A stretch of DNA of 64,000 nt from Bacillota bacterium (GTDB taxonomy: Bacteria > Bacillota > UBA994 > UBA5500): the NCBI GenBank assembly GCA_029781045.1, contig JAKOXL010000048.1:52261-116260 (forward strand), read 5' to 3'. Below the pieces are notes generated by a model. That model did not search any database. It was not told the DNA's origin and saw nothing but the letters and a program-made list of their open reading frames with translations. The translations under genes and the position numbers were made by a program. Every line of letters begins with the position of its first letter. Position 1 is the first letter of the stretch. This document shows positions 20,106 through 31,560 of this stretch, in pieces.

Positions 20106-20744
20106 CTAAGCATTTAAGATAGAATCGGTAATGGCTTGTACTGTAGCCTGTAGTTCTTCCCCATCACAGCGCAGTTTCTCTACCAGTTGCAGCGTGTTCT
20201 GGGTCCATTCATCATCGGGCAAATTCTTCACGTTGATGCGCACGTTCAGTAAAGCCGAATTGAGAGCCGCATAGGCAGCGTAGCCGGCCACAGCCGCATC
20301 GGAAACGGCGTTGGGATTGCCCTTTTCAGCAGCTACGATGGCTAGCTTAAGAATCTCCACCGCATCGGCCGCTACTGCCAGCGGAACCTGGCAGGCGTCC
20401 CGGTACCCTTGCCAAATGGCCTTCTGTCGCCTTTCCTTCTCCTCGTCCGTTTCTTTAGGCAGCGCATAGGCAGCCATCACGCCATCAAAGGCCACCGAGT
20501 CTTCACTGGCCAGACGTAGCATGCTGTCCATCAATTGGGCTGATGCGGTTAAGAGGTTTTGCATATCCTCTTCTACGGCGGCAAACTTCTTGCGGCCAGC
20601 CGTTAGATTGGCCACCATTGAGACCAGGGCCGCTCCTAAGCCACCAATTACTGCAGCCGCACTGCCACCGCCGGGAGTAGCACTTTTACCCGCCAAGGCG
20701 TCATGGTAGGCGCGCAAAGTATATTGATCAAACTGCTCCATTTC
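20106..20744 (-). CDS. Formiminotetrahydrofolate cyclodeaminase / methenyl-THF cyclohydrolase family protein (FTCD C-domain-like)
   Basis: About 212 aa with the PGGGSAAAVIGGLGAAL motif and an AAAGGAG RBS. It sits between hutI and fhs. Confidence 0.8.
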   Translation of the reverse strand, partial: EMEQFDQYTLRAYHDALAGKSATPGGGSAAAVIGGLGAALVSMVANLTAGRKKFAAVEEDMQNLLTASAQLMDSMLRLASEDSVAFDGVMAAYALPKETDEEKERRQKAIWQGYRDACQVPLAVAADAVEILKLAIVAAEKGNPNAVSDAAVAGYAAYAALNSALLNVRINVKNLPDDEWTQNTLQLVEKLRCDGEELQATVQAITDSILNA

Positions 20745-20977
20745 ACTACTCCTTTCTATTGTTCTTTGCAGGGCTATGACTAATAATATCACAGCCGCGG
20801 CACCAATGCCTTACGAAAACTTGTTATTCTTTCCCACAAAACGCAACATTACCCGCCAAGGAGGCGGAGGCTCTATGAAGGCGGCAGGCCATGGCATTGA
20901 GTCTGGGTTCAAGGGTAGGCTGGCAGTGAGGCCACCGACTTGGTGCACAGGCCGTCGGGGCCGATAATCGCCTCTCG

Positions 20978-22261
20978 CTAATTCTTAGCATCATAGACTA
21001 AATGCCCGTCTTGTACCACCAGCGATCCCTGCTTAAACACGTGCTGAGCTAAGTTTACCCCAAAATGATAAGCCACAAAATCTAGATTGGGCGCATCGTA
21101 AATCACAAAGTCGGCCGCTTTGCCTACCTCCAAGCTGCCCACCCGCTGGGCCACACCGATGGCATGGGCCGAGTTGATGGTGCTGGCGGCTAACGCTTGC
21201 GCCGGCGTCAAACCTAAAGACTGCCAAGCTAACGTCTGCACGATCTGCATAGATTCGGTGGGGCAGGTGCCCGGGTTAAAGTCGGTGGCCAGGGCGATTG
21301 GAACCCCTGCCTCCAGCATAGCCTGCACATTGGGCCGTTGAGATGAACGCAAGGTAAAGCTGGTACCAGGCAATAGCACGGCCACTACCCCTGCTTCCGC
21401 CATAGCTTTAATACCTTCTACGCTGGCATAGAGTAGATGGTCGGCGGATGTGGCTCCCAGTTCGGCCGCCAATTGGGCCCCGCCTAGGGGCACGAGCTCA
21501 TCGGCATGAATCTTCAGCTGGAACCCCAGCTTCTCAGCGGCCCGCAGAATACGCCTGCTCTGCTCAATGCTGAAAACGCCCTCTTCACAGAAGACATCGC
21601 AGAAGACCGCCAAACCTCTCTGGGCCACAGCCGGTAACATCTCCTCGATTACCAAGTCCACAAAGGCTTCGGGAGCATCTTTGTATTCAGGGGGAATGGC
21701 ATGGGCTCCCATAAAGGTGGACACCACATCCACCGGATGTTCAGCCGCAGCTAGGCGGGCTGCCTCCAGTTGCCGGATTTCGCTCTCGGTGGTCAGTCCA
21801 TAACCACTCTTAGCTTCCACGGTGGTGGTGCCATGCACCAACATGCGGTCCAGGGTCTTCTTGGCCAGAGATGCCAGTTCTTGTACACTGGCGGAGCGCG
21901 TAGCTTTAACCGTGCTTAAAATACCATATCCGGCTGCCAGTATCTCCAGATATGACTTGCCGGCCAGCTTCATAGCCAACTCCCGCTCGCGCCAACCGGC
22001 AAAAACCAGGTGGGTGTGGGGATCCACAAAGCCCGGTAATAGGGCCTTACCACCAGCATTGAATACCTGGGTATCTTTCCCCTCATACAGCTTGGCCTCT
22101 GTCATAGGACCTAAGGCCAAAACTTGCCCGTCTTTAACCGCCAAGAAAGCATCATGGTACACGACCAATTGGCCCAGCTCCCGCCCCCGTTGGGGTTTGT
22201 TACTGTAACCAACGGTGGTGGCCAACTCTCCGATATTGATAACAAGTAAATCAGCTATCAT
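20978..22261 (-). CDS. hutI: Imidazolonepropionase
   Basis: 427-aa amidohydrolase with the HTHL/HADE metal ligands. Confidence 0.9.
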   Translation of the reverse strand: MIADLLVINIGELATTVGYSNKPQRGRELGQLVVYHDAFLAVKDGQVLALGPMTEAKLYEGKDTQVFNAGGKALLPGFVDPHTHLVFAGWRERELAMKLAGKSYLEILAAGYGILSTVKATRSASVQELASLAKKTLDRMLVHGTTTVEAKSGYGLTTESEIRQLEAARLAAAEHPVDVVSTFMGAHAIPPEYKDAPEAFVDLVIEEMLPAVAQRGLAVFCDVFCEEGVFSIEQSRRILRAAEKLGFQLKIHADELVPLGGAQLAAELGATSADHLLYASVEGIKAMAEAGVVAVLLPGTSFTLRSSQRPNVQAMLEAGVPIALATDFNPGTCPTESMQIVQTLAWQSLGLTPAQALAASTINSAHAIGVAQRVGSLEVGKAADFVIYDAPNLDFVAYHFGVNLAQHVFKQGSLVVQDGHLVYDAKN

Positions 22262-22263
22262 GC

Positions 22264-23160
22264 TTACTCACTTCGCAAGTGGCTCTCTAGAATCTGCGAC
22301 AAGTCGAAGGCCTCTACTTGCAAAGCCTGGATGGCCACATCCAGCAGGGCTTGTAGCGGTAGAAGACCTACAATCTCACTGCCCACTATCCCCACTCCTG
22401 CTTCCGCCGCATAGGCCTTGATGGCTTCATAGACGGGGAGCAGGCCGGTAACCGTATAGTCCACCATGTTCATGGATACTTGGGCTAGATTACGTTCACC
22501 TAGCATTACGCCCAGCGCTTTGACGGCCTTAAAGCCACCAGTGGATTCCCGAACCTTCTTCGCAATGCTCTTGGCCAGCTTTAGGTCATCGGTATCTAGG
22601 TTCACGTTGAAAGCAATCAGTGGCGGACGGGCGCCGACCGCCGTTGCTCCGGCCGTCGGATGTATCCGAGCTTCGCCAAAATCGGGCTGGCGTTCTGGTA
22701 GATGAATTGTATCGCGAATACCTTCAAACTCGCCCCGCCGCACATCGGCCAGGTTGCGCCTTTCGGGGCGTCGGGCGGCCCGTTCGTAAAGGTAGACTGG
22801 AATGCCCAGCTCCTTGGCTATACGCTGGCCCAGCCTATTAGCCAATTCTACACACTCTTCCATAGTCATCTCGCCCAAAGGCACAAAGGGTATCACATCG
22901 GTGGCTCCCATGCGGGGATGTTCCCCTTGATGAACATTAAGGTCGATCAGCTCACTGGCTTTGCGGCAACAGCGGAAAGCAGCCTCACTCACTGCTTCCG
23001 GTTCACCAATAAAGGTAACGACCACTCGGTTATGGTCATGGTCGGGATTGACATCTAGCACCGTAACACCAGGCACACCCTTAGCTTCTGCCACTATGGC
23101 CTCTATTACCTCAGGGCGTCGCCCTTCGCTGAAGTTGGGCACGCACTCTACAACCCGCAT
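22264..23160 (-). CDS. ftcD: Glutamate formimidoyltransferase (FTCD N-domain)
   Basis: Starts MRVVECVPNFSEGRR; 298 aa. Confidence 0.9.
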   Translation of the reverse strand: MRVVECVPNFSEGRRPEVIEAIVAEAKGVPGVTVLDVNPDHDHNRVVVTFIGEPEAVSEAAFRCCRKASELIDLNVHQGEHPRMGATDVIPFVPLGEMTMEECVELANRLGQRIAKELGIPVYLYERAARRPERRNLADVRRGEFEGIRDTIHLPERQPDFGEARIHPTAGATAVGARPPLIAFNVNLDTDDLKLAKSIAKKVRESTGGFKAVKALGVMLGERNLAQVSMNMVDYTVTGLLPVYEAIKAYAAEAGVGIVGSEIVGLLPLQALLDVAIQALQVEAFDLSQILESHLRSE

Positions 23161-23212
23161 GTCCTTTCACTCCTGTTCGTAGCTTAATCTTGGAATATCT
23201 CACAGTAAAGCT

Positions 23213-23256
23213 GCGGGATGTGCCTAGGGCACAGGGGCCTACAGCCACATCCCGCA
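23213..23256 (-). other. Intra-operon RNA hairpin between hutU and ftcD
   Basis: GCGGGATGTG-(24 nt)-CACATCCCGC has a 10-bp stem with no T-run, so it is a candidate processing or stabiliser element rather than a terminator. Confidence 0.3.
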
Positions 23257-23276
23257 ACTTGTAAGGCTAGTACCTT

Positions 23277-24926
<1,650 letters not shown>

Positions 24927-24967
24927 CGACTATTCCTCCTTTGTTTATTTGATTTGGGGGTGATCCC

Positions 24968-26509
24968 TTAGAAGTCGGGTAAAGCAGGTAAGAGAGGTTC
25001 GCCACTGCCCACTACGGCCTGCAACAAGGCTCCATCTGCTATTAAGCGGGCGGCCTCCCTTATATCCGGATACATAATGCGGTCGTTCTCCAACATGGGT
25101 ACCGTCTGACGCAGCAAATGGTAGGCCGGTGCCGTTAACGGCGATAGGCCAGCTGCCTCTTGCAGATCCAGTGCTTGACAAGCGGCCAAATACTCAATAG
25201 CTAGCACATTGCGCACGTTCTTCACCACCTGCCGTAGCTTTCGGGCAGCGATGGTGCCCATGCTCACGTGATCTTCTTGATTGGCGGAAGACGGGATGGA
25301 ATCCACACTGGCCGGGTGGGAAAGAACCTTGTTCTCGCTGACAAGAGACGCCGCCGTATACTGGGCAATCATAAAGCCCGAATTGAGCCCCCCGTGTCTG
25401 CTTAAGAAGGCAGGTAAGCCCGACAGCTGGGGGTTAACTAGCCGTTCAATACGGCGCTCCGCGATATTGGCCAGTTCCGACACCGCCATGGCTAGATAAT
25501 CGGCTGGTAAGGCTAAAGGCTCTCCGTGGAAGTTGCCCGCCGAAATGGTATCGCCCTGCTCGGCGAAAACCAGCGGGTTGTCGGTGGTACTGTTCACTTC
25601 CACCGCAACAACCTCGCCCACGTGACGCCAGGCGTTATAGACGGCTCCATGAACCTGCGGTATACAGCGCAAGCTATAGGCGTCCTGTACCCGCAGTTGC
25701 CCTGGATCTGTGGTTAACTTACTGCCCTGCAGCAGACGTAGCATTCCGGCGCTGGCCGCGATCTGCCCCGGGTGGGGACGCACCATACTGACCCGCTGGT
25801 CATAGGCGGCAGGTATACCCCGCAAGGCTTGGGCCGTGAGGCTGGCGGTTATTAAAGCCGCCTGCTGCAATTCAAAGGTATCCACTACCGCCAAGGCTAA
25901 AAGGGCCAGCATAATCTGCGTACCATTGATAAGAGCTAAACCTTCTTTGGCAGTAAGCTGGATCGGACTCAAGCCAGCCATCTGTAAGGCTTGAGCTCCC
26001 GTATACTCTTTTCCTTGGTAGAGGGCTTCTCCTTCTCCTAGCAACACTAAAATTATGTGGGAAAGGGGAGCCAAATCACCACTGGCTCCTAAAGATCCTT
26101 GACTAGGAACTAGGGGCGTAACGCCTTTGTTTAGCATATCTATCATTAACTGCACTGTTTCCAAACGCACGCCCGAGTAACCTTTGGCTAAGGAATTGGC
26201 CCTCAACAGCATGGCAGCCCGCACCACGTCTACTGGTAAGTAGTCGCCAACGCCGCAAGCATGGGAGAAAATTAGGTTCTGTTGTAGCAAGGCGGATGCC
26301 TCTTTGTCGATAAAGACATCACTAAACTTGCCAAACCCGGTGGTAATACCGTAGACAATCTTCCCTTGCTCCACCATGGTCTCCACCACGTGACGGGCAG
26401 CTACAATGCGCTCCTTGGCTGCCTCCGACAGCTCCACCTTGGCGCCTTGGCGTGCCACCGCCACCACATCTCGCAACCGCAGGCTTTGTCCACTAATGGT
26501 AATGGTCAT
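24968..26509 (-). CDS. hutH: Histidine ammonia-lyase
   Basis: 513 aa; the ASG of the MIO cofactor lies in GSLGASGDLAPLSH. Confidence 0.95.
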   Translation of the reverse strand: MTITISGQSLRLRDVVAVARQGAKVELSEAAKERIVAARHVVETMVEQGKIVYGITTGFGKFSDVFIDKEASALLQQNLIFSHACGVGDYLPVDVVRAAMLLRANSLAKGYSGVRLETVQLMIDMLNKGVTPLVPSQGSLGASGDLAPLSHIILVLLGEGEALYQGKEYTGAQALQMAGLSPIQLTAKEGLALINGTQIMLALLALAVVDTFELQQAALITASLTAQALRGIPAAYDQRVSMVRPHPGQIAASAGMLRLLQGSKLTTDPGQLRVQDAYSLRCIPQVHGAVYNAWRHVGEVVAVEVNSTTDNPLVFAEQGDTISAGNFHGEPLALPADYLAMAVSELANIAERRIERLVNPQLSGLPAFLSRHGGLNSGFMIAQYTAASLVSENKVLSHPASVDSIPSSANQEDHVSMGTIAARKLRQVVKNVRNVLAIEYLAACQALDLQEAAGLSPLTAPAYHLLRQTVPMLENDRIMYPDIREAARLIADGALLQAVVGSGEPLLPALPDF

Positions 26510-26815
26510 GGGTATCCTCCATTCTTTATCGTGTTAAAGCACTAAAGAGGTGAAAAAAGCAGCTCCCGTAGGAACTGCCAATCGTCATTCTTAAGGCTAT
26601 GGTCATGGACGCCTCCCTCCACCTTTCGGCCGAACCCACTTCCTGGGATAATCCACCCTTCAGCAATCGGGGCAGTGCCTACTCTGGCACTTACATAGTT
26701 CTAGGACAATTGCCTTTTTCCTCTTCCGGAATTAAGAATTTCCCAGATGGCTCTTTCTTGACGGGAATCCGATTGGTTGTTAGCATGAAAATAACTCAAG
26801 GCAAGGAGGAGTTCT

Positions 26816-27439
26816 ATGTATGCAACCCGGCCCAAGTTGTTGACCCCTTACCGAGGTTATCTGGTGGCTGCGGCCCTTCTGTTTGTCACGGGCATTCTGC
26901 TCGGGGCCTATACCGCCGTTTATCATCCGGAGCTTATTCAAGAAGCCATGGCTCTGCTGGAAGAGCCCCTGCGACGGCTAGGAGAAGAGATTTTCCAGGG
27001 AGAGCTTAGCCAAGGCATTTGGACCCTCTTCCTGCACAACCTCCGCACCCTTGCTCTGGTGGCAGTACTGGGTTTAGTGCTGGGTATCTACCCGGTTTTC
27101 AGCCTGCTTGCAAATGGGTTAGTAATCGGTGTAGTAGGAGCGGTCACCACGTCGACCGCCTCTTTACCCGCCTTCCTCGCCGGTATTATTCCCCACGGTG
27201 TTCTTGAAATACCGGCCATTCTTATAGCCGGTGCCGTTGGGCTACGGTTAGGGCTAGCCCCCATCTTTAGGCGCAAGAGCAGTCCTTTCGCTGCTCCCCA
27301 ACCCAACGCTTGGCAAGGATATCGTCAGGAACTGGCGCTGGCTCTTAGAGTCATCCTACTCTGTGCCGTCTTGCTCCTCATTGCCGCAGTTATCGAAGTA
27401 GCCATCACGCCTCGCATAATAGCCTTGTTCCTCAAGTAA
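26816..27439 (+). CDS. spoIIM: Stage II sporulation protein M
   Basis: 207-aa polytopic protein with an AAGGAGG RBS and the SpoIIM family profile. Confidence 0.75.
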   Translation: MYATRPKLLTPYRGYLVAAALLFVTGILLGAYTAVYHPELIQEAMALLEEPLRRLGEEIFQGELSQGIWTLFLHNLRTLALVAVLGLVLGIYPVFSLLANGLVIGVVGAVTTSTASLPAFLAGIIPHGVLEIPAILIAGAVGLRLGLAPIFRRKSSPFAAPQPNAWQGYRQELALALRVILLCAVLLLIAAVIEVAITPRIIALFLK

Positions 27440-27448
27440 GTAATAAGG

Positions 27449-27500
27449 GCGTATCTGCTGCTCTGAGCAGCAAATACGCCCTTTTCTTTCTTAGTCTCCT
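27449..27500. terminator. Bidirectional terminator between convergent spoIIM and ftsH
   Basis: GGGCGTATCTGCTGCTC-TGA-GCAGCAAATACGCCC followed by TTTTCTTTCTT. Confidence 0.5.
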
Positions 27501-29332
27501 TCCGGTTCGGCTGGCTCCTGTACACCATCTTCGCCTGGCATTGGCTTGCCCTGCATTATGGCTGCCACTTCCTCGCCCCGTAGAGTCTCTTGTTCTAAGA
27601 GGGTCTGGGCCAGTAGCTCCAGCTTATCGCGGTTTCCACGAATGAGGGCTTCAGCCGCCGCGTAACACTCTTCAATGATCTTACGAATCTCTTTATCGAT
27701 GGCAAAGGCGATTTCCTCGCTGTAGTTGCGCTGACGCGAGATATCACGTCCTAGGAAGACCTGATGATCTTCTCTATAACCGAAGGAAATCGGCCCCAGT
27801 TCGTCGCTCATACCGTATTCCATCACCATGCGGCGCGCTAAGCTGGTGGCTTGCTCCAGGTCATTCTCCGCCCCCGTACTGACATCTCCCAGCACCTCTT
27901 TTTCCGCCACACGACCAGCCAACAGCGCTTTGATATTATTCAGCATTTCGCTCTTGGTCATCATGAAGCGATCTTCTTTGGGCAGATGGATAACCATGCC
28001 TCCGGCGTTGCCCCGCGGTACGATACTAACAATGTGGATACGATCCGTATTGGGCAAGAGATAACGCACCAGTGCGTGACCTGCCTCGTGATAAGCCACC
28101 AAGCGTCGTTCCTCTTCTCCCAATACCCGCGTCTTCTTGGCCGGACCAGCGATGACACGGGAGATGGACTCTTCCAGCTCGGCCATGCCAATGCGCTGCT
28201 TGTTTCTCCGGGCTGATAGGAGCGCGCCTTCGTTCACCAAGTTCTCTAAATCGGCAGCTGTAAACCCAGAGGTCTGGCGGGCAATAATATCGATATTTAC
28301 GTCCTCCGCCAATGGCTTGTTGCGGGTATGCAATTTGAGGATGGCCTCCCGCTCCTTAATATTGGGCCGACCAACCACCACCTGGCGGTCAAAACGGCCT
28401 GGACGTAAGAGGGCCGGATCTAGAATATCAGGGCGGTTGGTAGCCGCCATAATGATAATCCCCTCATTGGCATCGAAGCCATCCATTTCCACTAACAATT
28501 GGTTTAGGGTTTGCTCCCGCTCATCGTGACCACCGCCTAGACCGGCACCACGTTGACGACCTACGGCATCAATCTCATCAATAAACACAATGCAAGGCGA
28601 GTTTTTCTTGGCCGTATCAAATAGGTCGCGCACCCGCGACGCACCCACACCCACGAACATTTCCACAAAGTCGGAACCGGAGATACTAAAGAATGGGACG
28701 TCGGCTTGCCCTGCCACCGCTCTGGCAAAGTAGGTCTTACCCGTACCAGGCGGACCCACCAGCAACACACCCTTCGGTATGCGGGCCCCGATTTCCACAA
28801 AGCGCTTAGGAGAACGCAAGAACTCCACGATCTCGGCCAGTTCTTCCTTGACTTCCTCATAGCCCGCCACGTCGGCAAAGGTTACCTTCTTCTTGGCCTC
28901 GCTGTGCAACTTGGCTCGGCTACGTCCAAAGCTCATCACCTTGTTGCCGCCCGACTGGGATTGCTGCATCATGAAAAACCAAAAACCACCCAGGATGACA
29001 AACATCAGGACATAGGTGATTATTGATGTCCACCAAGGCGCTTGGGCCGGGTTACGGTACTCAAAGCCCGGCACATCACGCAAAAGCTTTATAATATCCT
29101 CATCAAGTGGAGGTACGGTGGTGCGGAAACTGGTACCATCCTGCAACTTACCAGTTACCTCATTCCCCACCATTCTTGCTTCCACAACTAAGCCAGCCTT
29201 TACATCGGCATAAAATTCCGCATAGTTAATCTCTTTAACCGGCTGAGCGCCGCCCTGAAACATCTGATAAAGTGACAAGGCAATCAAGATCAACAGTAGA
29301 TAAAGGCTAGCTGTGCGAATGTTCCTGTTCAA
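27491..29332 (-). CDS. ftsH: ATP-dependent zinc metalloprotease FtsH
   Basis: 613 aa with Walker A GPPGTGKT, the SRH, and HEAGHA. Confidence 0.95.
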   Translation of the reverse strand: MNRNIRTASLYLLLILIALSLYQMFQGGAQPVKEINYAEFYADVKAGLVVEARMVGNEVTGKLQDGTSFRTTVPPLDEDIIKLLRDVPGFEYRNPAQAPWWTSIITYVLMFVILGGFWFFMMQQSQSGGNKVMSFGRSRAKLHSEAKKKVTFADVAGYEEVKEELAEIVEFLRSPKRFVEIGARIPKGVLLVGPPGTGKTYFARAVAGQADVPFFSISGSDFVEMFVGVGASRVRDLFDTAKKNSPCIVFIDEIDAVGRQRGAGLGGGHDEREQTLNQLLVEMDGFDANEGIIIMAATNRPDILDPALLRPGRFDRQVVVGRPNIKEREAILKLHTRNKPLAEDVNIDIIARQTSGFTAADLENLVNEGALLSARRNKQRIGMAELEESISRVIAGPAKKTRVLGEEERRLVAYHEAGHALVRYLLPNTDRIHIVSIVPRGNAGGMVIHLPKEDRFMMTKSEMLNNIKALLAGRVAEKEVLGDVSTGAENDLEQATSLARRMVMEYGMSDELGPISFGYREDHQVFLGRDISRQRNYSEEIAFAIDKEIRKIIEECYAAAEALIRGNRDKLELLAQTLLEQETLRGEEVAAIMQGKPMPGEDGVQEPAEPEGD

Positions 29333-29461
29333 ACTTCTTCGCAGCCCCTCTCCCTTATAAGCTTAGTTCACCTGTTCTTTGAGTAACAGGAAAAAAGCAT
29401 CAACTCTCTTAATTGTAACAAAGCCTGATAACAGCGACAAGCAAAAGCAGTGTTTTCCCTA

Positions 29462-30007
29462 TTATGCTCTATACACTTCGGGTTTTAGAATTCCCACATC
29501 CGGCAAGTTGCGATAAAGCTCACCGTAATCCAGACCATACCCTACCACAAAGCTATCGGGAATAGTAAAGCCGCAGTAATCGGGCTTAATATCCACTAGG
29601 CGTCGGGAGGGCTTATCCAATAGGGTACAGATCTTCAGCGATTTGGGTTTGCGTGAATAGAGGTTTTCTGTTAAATACTTTAGGGTCAAGCCCGTATCGA
29701 TAATGTCTTCAATCAACAACACATGCCTACCTTCAATGCTTTCGTCCAGATCCTTGAGGAAACGAACAACGCCAGAAGAGTGGGTGGAGTGACCGTAACT
29801 GGACACAGAAATGCTATCAAGAGTCACGTCAAAGGTTAGATGGCGCAAGAGATCGGCCGTAAAAATAATAGCACCTTTGAGAACGCAAATGGCCACTACC
29901 TCCTGCCCTTCATAGTCGGCGGAAATCTGTTGGCCCAGTTCAGCTACTTTAGCGGCTATTTCTTCCCGTGAAATGAGTACTTTCTCCAAGTCTTTATGCA
30001 AGATCAT
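29462..30007 (-). CDS. hpt: Hypoxanthine-guanine phosphoribosyltransferase
   Basis: 181 aa containing VLLIEDIIDTGLT. Confidence 0.9.
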   Translation of the reverse strand: MILHKDLEKVLISREEIAAKVAELGQQISADYEGQEVVAICVLKGAIIFTADLLRHLTFDVTLDSISVSSYGHSTHSSGVVRFLKDLDESIEGRHVLLIEDIIDTGLTLKYLTENLYSRKPKSLKICTLLDKPSRRLVDIKPDYCGFTIPDSFVVGYGLDYGELYRNLPDVGILKPEVYRA

Positions 30008-31404
30008 CGCTCCCCTTCTATTGTATTTACGTATTGCAGACGCAATAGTTTCCTAGTTTTATCGCTTACTCGCCAGCGATCATCGAGGCGGTACCCCGCG
30101 ATCCACACAATGTCCTGCCCCCGTACTACCAGCGGAATCTGACCCCGTTTCCCTTGATCCACCTTGACGTCGGTGAAAAAATCCTGCAGTTTCTTGCTAC
30201 CTTTAAGTCCCAAGGGATAGAAGCTATCTCCCGGCTGCCAATAGCGCACCGTCAGTTCAGTAGCAGCCAAAGAGTCCAAGTCGCAGTAGGCCACCCGCGG
30301 ATCAGGATCAAAGCCGGAAAACTGGCGACTTGACAATATGCTAGCCCTTATAGCCCCCTGGGGCAATATGGCCTCTCCTGGCAGGGGAAGCGGTACCGCT
30401 ATGGCTGCCTTTTCCTGCTCCACCCTTTCCCATACCAATGCATTGTAACTACGCCGCACTTGCCAGCCGTAGGGCCAACTGATCCTAGTCCCCACATCCC
30501 GCCCCAGTAGCCCCAGAGCATCCTCCACATGGGTATAGGACAAATCCTGCGGACCACCACTGATCTGCTGCCACAGAAGCCGCAAAACCCGACGTCGGAT
30601 GGCTAAGGGATAACCCTGAAGTTGGGCCACATCCAACGCCCAGGGATCATGCTGGAGGCTCCAGCATTGGGCCAACGCCTCTGTAGCCAATTGGTCCAGA
30701 TAGAGATCCTCCGCGTATAAGAGGTCGGCGGAACGAACCAGGGCCAGTTCCACTTCCGGATTGAAGGCAGCTAGGAGGGGCATGATCTCCAACCGCACCC
30801 GGTTCCTTGTGTAGTCGAGGGTAGCATTGCTGGCATCTACCCGGTAGCCCAATTGCTGCTGGCGCAAATAGGCAAGAATAGACGCCTTGCTTTCCCTTAG
30901 CAGGGGGCGTACATAGGCGATTCCCCCCAAAGCCTCGTCCCGCGGCGCCATGGCCTTTAGGCCGCTGGAGCCGGCTCCCCGCAGCAAATGTAGTAGAAGA
31001 GTTTCAGCCTGGTCGCCTCCATGATGGGCCAAAAGGATGGCATTAACCTTATGGGCTTGGGCTGCTTGCCGGAGAAAGGCAAAACGCTGCTGGCGACAAA
31101 CATCCTGCACCGAGCCACCCTGTTCTTTAATAATACACTTTATATCCCGCCGTTCAATTACCGCCGGCCAGCCCCACTGGGCAGCTAAGCGTTGCACGAA
31201 CAGGGCGTCCCCTTGAGATGCGGAACCACGCAAACCATGGTCCAAATGGGCTACTACAAGAGAAAAGCCCCAGTCGGTGCTGAGACGATGCATAATATGG
31301 AGTAGGCACACCGAATCAGGCCCACCGGAAACCGCCACCAGCAAGCGGTCTCCCGGCGTGAGCAGATGATTCTCTCGTATGAACCTATCCACCCTTTCCA
31401 GCAT
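30004..31404 (-). CDS. tilS: tRNA(Ile)-lysidine synthetase
   Basis: PP-loop SGGPDS; 466 aa with a TilS C-terminal domain. Confidence 0.85.
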   Translation of the reverse strand: MLERVDRFIRENHLLTPGDRLLVAVSGGPDSVCLLHIMHRLSTDWGFSLVVAHLDHGLRGSASQGDALFVQRLAAQWGWPAVIERRDIKCIIKEQGGSVQDVCRQQRFAFLRQAAQAHKVNAILLAHHGGDQAETLLLHLLRGAGSSGLKAMAPRDEALGGIAYVRPLLRESKASILAYLRQQQLGYRVDASNATLDYTRNRVRLEIMPLLAAFNPEVELALVRSADLLYAEDLYLDQLATEALAQCWSLQHDPWALDVAQLQGYPLAIRRRVLRLLWQQISGGPQDLSYTHVEDALGLLGRDVGTRISWPYGWQVRRSYNALVWERVEQEKAAIAVPLPLPGEAILPQGAIRASILSSRQFSGFDPDPRVAYCDLDSLAATELTVRYWQPGDSFYPLGLKGSKKLQDFFTDVKVDQGKRGQIPLVVRGQDIVWIAGYRLDDRWRVSDKTRKLLRLQYVNTIEGER

Positions 31405-31510
31405 GGTTTTCCTCCCCTCAGTCGCCCGGTCTTACTAGTTTTAGGCAAAAAGACGAATTTTCCTCTCTAACATTGTACCCAAATGTTAACCTGGAGAAAA
31501 AAAGACCACA

Positions 31511-31545
31511 CCCAGTAAGAGTGTGGCCGATGGAGAGGAGAGATG
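31511..31545 (-). terminator. Rho-independent terminator after spoIIE
   Basis: Minus strand reads GGCCACAC-TCTTACTGG-GTGTGGTC followed by TTTTTTT. Confidence 0.45.
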
Positions 31546-31560
31546 GTTGCCCAATCTGGG

